This document shows, piece after piece, positions 1-7,238 of a DNA stretch of 64,000 nucleotides (the stretch's first letter is position 1; the number at the start of each line of letters is the position of its first letter). Both the position numbers and the translations under genes were made by a program. A model generated the notes under the pieces. It made no database searches. It was given only the letters and a program-made list of their open reading frames with translations, and was not told the origin of the DNA. This DNA is from an uncultured Spirochaetia bacterium (GTDB taxonomy: Bacteria > Desulfobacterota_D > UBA1144 > Nemesobacterales > UBA2774), in contig CAZPHQ010000009.1 of assembly GCA_964586675.1 (NCBI GenBank), forward strand, positions 16,216-80,215, read 5' to 3'.

Positions 1-55
1 GAGAAATCTTCTTTCAATCCCCCTTAGGAAAAGGGGGGTACGGGGGGATTTAGTT
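1..55. repeat. G-rich hairpin repeat unit (gagaaatcttc...ccccttaggaaaagggg...ggggggattta), copy 1
   Basis: Near-identical copy at 6524..6577; related variant at 42363..42416. Contains a CCCCC/GGGGG stem with loop ttaggaaaa and a second G-run able to re-pair. Confidence 0.6.
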
Positions 56-69
56 TTATCCTCTTTTTT

Positions 70-100
70 GTCATTCCCGAATGCTTGTATCGGGAATCCA
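70..100. repeat. GTCAT-hairpin-ATCC repeat unit (stem ATTCCCGA / TCGGGAAT)
   Basis: Identical unit at 6377.. and 17047..; partial copy at approx 16055..16080. Perfect 8-bp inverted repeat with 9-nt loop. Confidence 0.65.
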
Positions 101-201
101 GCACGCCACGCGTGCAGGAATTCAGAATCTATTCTCCAGCCAAAAAAAAACGGGCCGCCCCAGGGAGGAGACGGCCCGCAGAATGGGCGCAACCGGGTGA
201 G

Positions 202-783
202 TTATTCGCCTGAATTCAGAACTTCATTTGCAAAGTCTTCTATAAGACCACTCTCACTGCCCGAGAAACCCTTTGTAGCCGATAGGTCGGATGCCACACT
301 TCTTACTGTATCCTCAGCTGAAACAGTCAAAACCTCGACACTGTCGCACTCTCCTTCAATATCGAAACTCAGTGGGGTCCCACCAAAAACCAGATCGTTA
401 ACCTGGAATACGGCTCCATTATTGAGCCTTACTCCTTCACCAGATGCATCAAATGTTACCCCTTCGAATACAGCCAGCTCTATGATAGCCAGGTTCGGCC
501 CCTCCGCTAAACCGCCGAACGTAAATACAGACGGGTTAGGTATGTTATCGGCAACAGCAATCGCTACTACCTCACCGTCCGACGACACACCGGTTATCAC
601 GTTATTAAACTCATCAAAGAAAATGTAAAGCTCATTAGAAAAATTAGTATCAAGTGGAGGAACTCGGCATGCAGGTTCAGGGCCTCCACCACCCCCTCCG
701 CCACCGCCACCACATCCTCCAACAATTCCAATGCCTGTAAAAACGAACAAAAGCAATACAGCGAATATCCTTAAAACTCTCAT
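202..783 (-). CDS. secreted Gly/Val-rich putative lipoprotein (hypothetical)
   Basis: 193-aa ORF. N-terminal hydrophobic signal followed by a VGGC lipobox-like site and a poly-Gly linker. Strong RBS AGGAGGG 7 nt upstream on the minus strand. No recognisable catalytic motif. Confidence 0.55.
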   Translation of the reverse strand: MRVLRIFAVLLLFVFTGIGIVGGCGGGGGGGGGGPEPACRVPPLDTNFSNELYIFFDEFNNVITGVSSDGEVVAIAVADNIPNPSVFTFGGLAEGPNLAIIELAVFEGVTFDASGEGVRLNNGAVFQVNDLVFGGTPLSFDIEGECDSVEVLTVSAEDTVRSVASDLSATKGFSGSESGLIEDFANEVLNSGE

Positions 784-1045
784 GAATACCCTCCTCTTAA
801 AAAGGTTTAGTGTTATAAAAACTCTATCGTTCTGAATCTATGGATTATATTCCATAATATATATGTTAACGTATTATAGAATAATAGAGAGTGGTTGTAA
901 AGGGTATTCTTTATATTTAACTAATATTTGTATTATATCGATGCGAATATATCTGATTGGTCAATATTCATTGAGAATAACGCGGAGGTAAATGCCCTTG
1001 TCCCCGTGCAGCGGCAGCGGATGGTTCGCGGATTTCAGCGGCGCA

Positions 1046-1483
1046 TTACTGTCCGCTGTCCCGGGTGGAGTCGGCCGACGGAGCCTGGTCTACGGCTATG
1101 GCGATCTTGCTCAGGCCCTCGGCCTTCACAGTATCCATCACCTGAACCACCTTCCCGTGAGGTACGGTATTGTCGGCCCTGATTATGATTATGGATTCCT
1201 TGTTCTTCACTTCCTTCAGCCTCGCGGCGAGGCCATTTATATCGACGTCCTGGTCGTTGTAGAAGAGCTTTCCGTCCTGGGTCATGTTAACAGTTATCTG
1301 CTCGGCCTCTACAGGGTCCGCCGAAGTGGCCGACGGCAGATTCACATTTATCCCCCCCGACGTCGCGGCGAAGCTCAGCGTCACGGCGAAAAAGATAAGC
1401 AGGTTAAAGACCACGTCTACGATCGGCGTGAGGTCTATGCCTCCGCCCGCTGATTTGGATTGTCTTACGGGTTTGAATTTCAT
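1046..1483 (-). CDS. exbD: biopolymer transport protein ExbD/TolR
   Basis: 145 aa. Single N-terminal TM with the characteristic LTPIVDVVFNLLIFF segment. 4-nt ATGA overlap with the upstream exbB. Confidence 0.9.
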   Translation of the reverse strand: MKFKPVRQSKSAGGGIDLTPIVDVVFNLLIFFAVTLSFAATSGGINVNLPSATSADPVEAEQITVNMTQDGKLFYNDQDVDINGLAARLKEVKNKESIIIIRADNTVPHGKVVQVMDTVKAEGLSKIAIAVDQAPSADSTRDSGQ

Positions 1484-2148
1484 CCTAGTAGGTCCCTCGC
1501 ATTTTCGTTCTTTGTCAGCGCCCGCTCTTTAGCGTCCGTTATGTATTCGAGTATCTTCCGCCCTTCTTCTTCCATGAGCGCGATGAGCTCGTCGGCCTTG
1601 CCGATCGAGTACTTGTAGGCAATGAACGCGGGTATGGCCACGATGAGTCCGAACGCAGTCGTGTATAGCGCTTCGGATATGCCGCCCGCAAGCTCTGGGG
1701 GATTGACTACCGGCTTTAACGCGATGACATCGAATATTTGTATCATACCGGATATGGTTCCGAGAAGTCCGAGCAGCGTGGCGACGTTGCTTATCGCGCC
1801 GAGCCCCTCGATGTATCTGAGCAAATCGAGCGCCTCCTTCCTCCCGGCTTCCTCAATGCTTTCGGCCAGATCGTCGGCCGGCTTGTCGGCATCTTCCAGC
1901 GCGGCCACTGCGATCCTCGCCGCCGAAGAATCGTTCCCCCTCGCGTAAGCCTCGGCCTCCGTCAGCTTCCCCTGCGAAAGGAGCCTGTAAAGCTGTCCCA
2001 GAAAGTTGTCGGGTATGACTTTTTTCGGGCGCAGCGTCCACATTTTCTGAAGGAATATTCCGAGCCCGACGATAGAGCTGAGGAGTATCGGATACATAAA
2101 AAATCCGCCCTTCTGAAAAGTCTCGAATATACCGGTGTCAAAATCCAT
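1480..2148 (-). CDS. exbB: MotA/TolQ/ExbB proton-channel protein
   Basis: ORF track 1480..2244; start moved to the internal ATG at 2148 (MDFDTGIFE...), which has a GGAGG RBS. Three TM helices, MotA/TolQ/ExbB-like. Confidence 0.85.
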   Translation of the reverse strand: MDFDTGIFETFQKGGFFMYPILLSSIVGLGIFLQKMWTLRPKKVIPDNFLGQLYRLLSQGKLTEAEAYARGNDSSAARIAVAALEDADKPADDLAESIEEAGRKEALDLLRYIEGLGAISNVATLLGLLGTISGMIQIFDVIALKPVVNPPELAGGISEALYTTAFGLIVAIPAFIAYKYSIGKADELIALMEEEGRKILEYITDAKERALTKNENARDLLG

Positions 2149-2335
2149 TAATGCCTCCGTCTGTAGACTGAAAAACTGCAATACGGCAGAGAGCCCCGCC
2201 GAAGCGGCGGATTTAGAGGAATAGAATAACCCGCTGGCGGGCATAAGGTCAATTCCAATTATCTATGAACGCCGCGTCGTTAATAACCGCAGGATATTGC
2301 ATTTAACGCCGGAATCGGTAATTTATTCGGCTAAC

Positions 2336-4042
2336 GTGAGATACTCCAATTATTTCATACCGACGCTAAAAGAAGACCCGTCCGACGCCGAAGTCGTGAG
2401 CCAGAAGCTCATGATACGCGCAGGGATGATAAGGAAGGTCGCCGCCGGCATATACAACTATCTCCCCCTCGGACTCCGCAGTATCACTAAGGTCGAGAAC
2501 ATAGTCCGCGAGGAGATGAACAGGGCAGGGGCCATCGAGATACTGATGCCCGCCGTGGTTCCTGCAGAGCTGTGGAGGGAAAGCGGCCGCTGGAACTATT
2601 ATGGCAAGGAGCTCCTACGCTTCAAGGACAGGGCCGAGCGCGAGTTCTGCATCGGGCCGACGCACGAAGAAGTCGTAACGGATATAGTCAGGCGCGACGT
2701 CAGCTCCTACAAGCAGCTCCCGATAAACCTCTACCAGATACAGACCAAGTTCCGGGACGAAATACGCCCGCGCTTCGGCGTCATGCGCGCGCGCGAATTC
2801 ATCATGAAGGACGCCTACAGCTTCGACGCCTCAGTCGAAGACGCGGAGAAATCCTATAAATTGATGTACGACGCCTACACCCGCATATTCGAAAGGTGCG
2901 GGCTCGAATTCAGGGCCGTCCTCGCCGACACAGGCAACATCGGCGGCAGCTTCTCTCACGAGTTCATGGTGCTTGCGCCGACTGGTGAAGACGTAGTAAT
3001 GAGCTGCGATAAATGCGGATACGCCGCCAACCTCGAGCTGGCCGAAATAGACTGGCACACAGAGGGCGTAAAGCCGCCCAACGGTTCGAAGCCGACGGAA
3101 GAAGTGCATACCCCAAGCCTTAAAACTGTCGAGGAAGTGGCGAAGTTTCTGAGCGTAAAGCCGTCCGACCTTATAAAGACGATGATAGTCGAGGCCGACG
3201 GAACGGCGATAGCCGCCCTCGTAAGGGGAGACGCCGAGCTCAGTCTCACGAAGCTCCGGAAGGCCCTGGGCGCTGAGATCGTCGAGCTCGCAACGCCCGA
3301 CAGGATACGCGAGGTCACAGGCGGCATGATGGGGTTCAGCGGCCCCGTCGGGCTCAGGATTCGCGTCATCGCCGACAAGTCCGTCTCCGGGATGGGCCCG
3401 TCGGTCACAGGCGCGAACAAGGGCGACTACCACCTCGTAAACGTCGTCCTCGGAAGGGACTACGACGTCAAGGAATTCGCCGATATAAGGGTCGCGGCGG
3501 ACGGCGACAGGTGTCCTCAGTGCAAAGAAGGCACGCTGGTTTCTACGCGCGGCATCGAGGTCGGTCACGTCTTCATGCTCGGCACGAAATACTCCGAGGC
3601 CATGAACGCCACTTTCGTCGATCAGGATGGTAAAGAGAAGCCCTTCATCATGGGCTGCTACGGCATCGGCATCGGAAGGACAGTCGCCGCCGCGATAGAG
3701 CAGAACCATGACGAGAGCGGCATGATATGGCCGCCCGCGCTCGCCCCGTTCCAGGTAACGGTGCTTCCGCTGAAGGTGAAAGACCCGGAGATCATGGCGG
3801 CCTCGGAGAAGATTTACGAAGAGCTGAAAGCGAAGGGTTATGAGGCGATAATCGACGACAGGGACGTCGGCCCCGGCTTCAAGTTCAAGGACGCCGAGCT
3901 CATCGGCATACCGGTGCAGGTCGCGGTCGGCCCGAGGACGATAAAGGAAGGCGAGGCCGAGCTCAAAGTCCGGAGGACCGGCGAGTCCCGCAACGTCAGG
4001 CTCGAAGAAGTCGTGAAGGAAGTAGAACCCCTTCTCTCGTAG
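2336..4042 (+). CDS. proS: proline--tRNA ligase (bacterial type with editing INS domain)
   Basis: Collinear with E. coli ProRS from MRTSQYLLSTLKE (here VRYSNYFIPTLKE; GTG start at 2336 inside the TTG-initiated ORF 2297..4042). Class II aaRS motifs and C-terminal anticodon-binding domain. Confidence 0.93.
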   Translation: MRYSNYFIPTLKEDPSDAEVVSQKLMIRAGMIRKVAAGIYNYLPLGLRSITKVENIVREEMNRAGAIEILMPAVVPAELWRESGRWNYYGKELLRFKDRAEREFCIGPTHEEVVTDIVRRDVSSYKQLPINLYQIQTKFRDEIRPRFGVMRAREFIMKDAYSFDASVEDAEKSYKLMYDAYTRIFERCGLEFRAVLADTGNIGGSFSHEFMVLAPTGEDVVMSCDKCGYAANLELAEIDWHTEGVKPPNGSKPTEEVHTPSLKTVEEVAKFLSVKPSDLIKTMIVEADGTAIAALVRGDAELSLTKLRKALGAEIVELATPDRIREVTGGMMGFSGPVGLRIRVIADKSVSGMGPSVTGANKGDYHLVNVVLGRDYDVKEFADIRVAADGDRCPQCKEGTLVSTRGIEVGHVFMLGTKYSEAMNATFVDQDGKEKPFIMGCYGIGIGRTVAAAIEQNHDESGMIWPPALAPFQVTVLPLKVKDPEIMAASEKIYEELKAKGYEAIIDDRDVGPGFKFKDAELIGIPVQVAVGPRTIKEGEAELKVRRTGESRNVRLEEVVKEVEPLLS

Positions 4043-4109
4043 TTTATAATTACACCACCTATTTCCTTCCCCTTCATAGGTGAAAGGTCAGGATGGGGGT
4101 GACCATAAT

Positions 4110-4832
4110 ATGGCAAGACCTCAATTGAAACCCCGCGAACGAATAATCCTCGCGCTCGACTTCTCCGAGCTCAGGATAGCCAAGGTCTGGGTCGAAAAAC
4201 TCCGCCACAAGATTAAAACATTTAAAGTCGGCCCGATACTCTTCCTCGACGAAGGCCCGATCGGGATCAGGGAATTCCGCGACATGGGCGCTGAGGTTTT
4301 CCTCGACCTAAAGTTCCACGATATTCCGTCGACAGTAGAGCATTCCTCGCGCCAGGCCGTGCGCTACGGCGTCAGCATGTTCACGATTCACGCCTTGGGC
4401 GGGCTCGACATGATGAAGGCCGCGGAAGATGCAGTCGCCGACGAGGCCGAAAAGCACCGAAGGAAAAAGCCGCTCGTCCTCGCCGTAACTGTTCTCACCA
4501 GCCACGACGACGAAAGCCTGAAAGGCATAGGGATTAATGCTGAAGCGAGGGACCAGGTTCTGAGACTCGCCGCGCTGGCCGACAAGGCCGGGGTAGGGGG
4601 CCTCGTCTGCTCCGGGATGGAAGTCGAAATGCTTAGAAAGGAATTCGGCGACAGGTTCACCCTAGTCGTCCCCGGTATTCGCCCGGGCACTGACTCGCAC
4701 GACCAGAAACGCGTCGTCACCCCAGCCGCCGCAGTAGCAGCCGGCGCGGATTACCTCGTCATCGGCCGCGCAATCGCCGAAGCCGACAACCCCGGCGAAG
4801 CCGTCGGCTCCATAGTGTCTTCAATTTCCTGA
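4110..4832 (+). CDS. pyrF: orotidine 5'-phosphate decarboxylase
   Basis: ILALDF...K(V)GP.LF... and DLKFHDIP motifs typical of OMPdecase. Start taken at MARPQ (ATG 4110) inside ORF 4080..4832. Confidence 0.9.
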   Translation: MARPQLKPRERIILALDFSELRIAKVWVEKLRHKIKTFKVGPILFLDEGPIGIREFRDMGAEVFLDLKFHDIPSTVEHSSRQAVRYGVSMFTIHALGGLDMMKAAEDAVADEAEKHRRKKPLVLAVTVLTSHDDESLKGIGINAEARDQVLRLAALADKAGVGGLVCSGMEVEMLRKEFGDRFTLVVPGIRPGTDSHDQKRVVTPAAAVAAGADYLVIGRAIAEADNPGEAVGSIVSSIS

Positions 4833-4840
4833 ATCACTTT

Positions 4841-5100
4841 GTCATTGCGAGCTGCAAAGCAGCGCGGCAATCCCGCTTTCACAGTTGTCATTTCGAGCGT
4901 ATGCGAGAAATCTTTATTTATTCTTTAATCCGTCATCCTGAACTACGATTTCGAGCAAGCGAGGAATCGAGAGCACTTGGCCAATTGCACCAACGTTTAT
5001 TTAGTACTGCTCCATGGCAATAGAAACCAAAACATTCAGGATCTCGTCTTTTGTCATTTCGAACTGCGATTTCGAGCGAGCGAGGAATCGAGAGCCCTTA
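4841..5100. repeat. mosaic intergenic repeat cluster B (four or more GTCAT-headed hairpin units)
   Basis: Units: gtcattgcgagctgcaaagcagcgcggcaatcc; gtcatttcgagcgtatgcgagaaatc; gtcatcctgaactacgatttcgagcaagcgaggaatcgagagcac; ...tttagtactgctcc...; gtcatttcgaactgcgatttcgagcgagcgaggaatcgagagccc. Copies of the same unit types recur at 6377.., 15915.. and 17047... Confidence 0.75.
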
Positions 5101-5145
5101 GCCTGCTGCACCTCTGACTCCGCAGCTCTTCGTAACGAATACTTA

Positions 5146-6144
5146 CTACAAAGCAGAAGAATCACATGGCCCCTGACCAGGGTCCGGAATACAAGTGAGT
5201 CCTGCCAGGTACGTAACGCAGTTTAGAAAGAACATCAGGTTGTTCTCCATGGTTACTATTCCCGGGGCCGGATCCGGGGACCCATAATCTCCCACCATTC
5301 CCGAGTTGCCCACCACGATAACCTTCCCTTGGCCATATGGAACCAATATCGAGAAATAGTCATTCGGCAAGTCTATATCATGTCCCACTGCATTATCGTA
5401 TGCTGTTGCCCCTTCGGGAAACCTTACGAGAGGAGTAAATTCAGAAGGCGGCAGCATTATGCAGGAATCGTGAGCGGAAACGCGTGCGACCTGATTGGCA
5501 AGATATCTGACGTCTTCCGGCAAATCCGGCTCCATCTCCATCACCATGTAATCAGGGCGATCCGGATGTTTGTGGGTGACAAAGATGTCCCTGAGGGTAA
5601 TTCCGAACACGCTCGCGAGGGCGGCATCGTTTTGGGTCCAGTTTGGGATCTCTGCAGTTGCGCCATGGTCGCTCATAAGGAGAATACCCCCTCCCTGACT
5701 GACAAAATCCTCCAGCGCCGCCAGCTCGAAATCTGTATATGAAAAACCCGTGCCATCCGGAGGCGGGTTGGGCTCATTAATATAACGGGTCAGGCTGACG
5801 TAGACATCCACATTCTCCAGGCGCTCCGGTCTTATTCGAGACTTAGTGTAACGCACATTCCATTTCAGCCCCGTGGAAAGCCCGTAACTCCTGATAGCTC
5901 CCAGGACTGTATTCAGACGCCGCTTGGTTACCTGGGGGTGTCCGACACCGGGAGGATAACGATGCGGCTTCCTTTGAAACATCACCTGAGAGCTCCAGCT
6001 ATCGAAGAGTGTGTTTATCGTGTTGTTTGCGGTGGCTTCCGCTTGCAGGTCCGTGTCAATGCCCGCAAAAGCAAAATCGCCTTTAAGCAATGCGGCTCCG
6101 GTTCCGCCCAGGGCAAGGAACTTTAAAAAATCTCTCCGGTTCAT
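5146..6144 (-). CDS. Tat-signal secreted hypothetical protein
   Basis: 332 aa. N-terminal twin-arginine motif (NRRDFLKFLALGGTGAAL). No confident family assignment. Flanked on both sides by repeat clusters. Confidence 0.7.
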   Translation of the reverse strand: MNRRDFLKFLALGGTGAALLKGDFAFAGIDTDLQAEATANNTINTLFDSWSSQVMFQRKPHRYPPGVGHPQVTKRRLNTVLGAIRSYGLSTGLKWNVRYTKSRIRPERLENVDVYVSLTRYINEPNPPPDGTGFSYTDFELAALEDFVSQGGGILLMSDHGATAEIPNWTQNDAALASVFGITLRDIFVTHKHPDRPDYMVMEMEPDLPEDVRYLANQVARVSAHDSCIMLPPSEFTPLVRFPEGATAYDNAVGHDIDLPNDYFSILVPYGQGKVIVVGNSGMVGDYGSPDPAPGIVTMENNLMFFLNCVTYLAGLTCIPDPGQGPCDSSAL

Positions 6145-6376
6145 TGTTCTTGTTCCCTCCAGACTGAAACTTGTTACAGCTTCCTAATGATAATGGCCAT
6201 TCTATTAGGACGGGGATTTAAAGTCAATATATGATTTCCTGACTTCTTCCCCTTTAAGGCCTGCCTGTTCCCCGGCGACCTGACCCCGCATCGTCTTTTC
6301 AGTGACGGAATTTCGTCATCCTGAATTTGTTTCAGTATCTTGCTTTAATTCTTCTTGCTGTGGAAATACACTGAGC

Positions 6377-6577
6377 TGTCATTCCCGAATGCTTGTATCG
6401 GGAATCCAGTCTTGAATTTGTCATTTCGAACAACGATTTCGAGCGAGCGAGGAATCGAGAGCCCTCGACAGATTCTAAGAAAGCATATCTGGTACTGCTC
6501 GGAAGTACCCCAAATTAGAACGTGAGAAATCTTCTTTTGATTTCCCCTTAGGAAAAGGGGGAAACAGGGGGATTTAA
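6377..6577. repeat. mosaic intergenic repeat cluster C
   Basis: gtcattcccgaatgcttgtatcgggaatcc + gtcatttcgaacaacgatttcgagcgagcgaggaatcgagagccc + ...atctggtactgctcgg... + G-rich hairpin unit (6524..6577), all shared with other clusters. Confidence 0.75.
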
Positions 6578-6588
6578 CCCAGGAAGGT

Positions 6589-6804
6589 TTACCTTTGGAA
6601 TTCGAACACGGGGGTTTCAAGCATGCGGCTAGGTTTCTTTTTGCTCCAAATGGTTTCCTGAATTTTTTCAACGGTTTCCGGAGAAAAGTACTTTTCTCCC
6701 GTTTCGAGACAAACCCTAGCCGGTACATTCTCGATTATAATGAGCTTTCCTTCTAACTCAAGTACATAAGTGACGGTCTTTTCGACCATTGTTTCGTCAT
6801 ACAT
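6589..6804 (-). CDS. putative antitoxin, MqsA/YgiT-like N-terminal fold (zinc-ligand cysteines not conserved)
   Basis: 71 aa. The ...IENVPARVCLETGEKYFSPETVEKIQE segment matches the ...ENVPa.vC.qCGE.Yf..e....i pattern of MqsA/YgiT-type antitoxins. Lies 11 nt downstream of the DUF4258 gene, in toxin-then-antitoxin order as in mqsRA. Confidence 0.5.
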   Translation of the reverse strand: MYDETMVEKTVTYVLELEGKLIIIENVPARVCLETGEKYFSPETVEKIQETIWSKKKPSRMLETPVFEFQR

Positions 6805-6815
6805 ATGTGTATAGT

Positions 6816-7145
6816 TTAATTCTTCCTGTATCTGTTTTCAATCCATCTGTCTCCGTCAGGCTCATAAATGGTCACAAGTTTCACGATAACCCTGGACGGG
6901 TAACTACAATGAATGTGTACAGGCCTTCCCGATTTAGTAAATCCCAGTATCAGGCAGCTTGGCCCGCGATTATCATCAGGATAATCTTCGATAAGCTCTC
7001 CTGATGCAAAAGCTTCCCGAACCTCCCTAACGCTGATATGGCGGATGATGCTTTGGTCCAATGCATGCTTAGAGAATTCAAATCTATCATCCTTGATTTT
7101 CGATTTCAGGAGTTCAATATCCAGAACATCTGCTTTTTTAGTCAT
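6816..7145 (-). CDS. DUF4258-family putative toxin
   Basis: 109 aa. F(E)FSKHALDQ...R.IS..EV.EA...GE(L)IE(D)YPDD....PSCLILGFTK.GRP.H...........I.IVT(I)YEPD...W signature typical of the DUF4258 family. Confidence 0.75.
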   Translation of the reverse strand: MTKKADVLDIELLKSKIKDDRFEFSKHALDQSIIRHISVREVREAFASGELIEDYPDDNRGPSCLILGFTKSGRPVHIHCSYPSRVIVKLVTIYEPDGDRWIENRYRKN

Positions 7146-7184
7146 ACCGACATTGGGTAGATGAAGAAAGATTCTCTGTCAAGA

Positions 7185-7222
7185 TTAAGAAATAAAACGG
7201 ACACCCCCTCATTCCTGAGGGA
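7185..7222 (-). terminator. putative intrinsic terminator downstream of clpB
   Basis: Minus-strand hairpin ccctca-ggaa-tgaggg followed by a U-rich tract (guguccguuuuauuucuu). Confidence 0.4.
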
Positions 7223-7238
7223 GTGCCCGGATTCAGTT

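Noticed and set aside
68-628. 186-aa + strand ORF (MSFPNACIGNP...) and the 127-aa ORF at 6345..6728 (-)
   Set aside because: Both are read-through translations of the GTCAT-hairpin repeats and antisense sequence. The recurring peptide fragments are an artefact of the DNA repeat, not a protein family.
4841-5100. CRISPR array interpretation of the repeat clusters
   Set aside because: Units are heterogeneous, not regularly spaced and individually hairpinned. There are no cas genes and no repeat-spacer periodicity.
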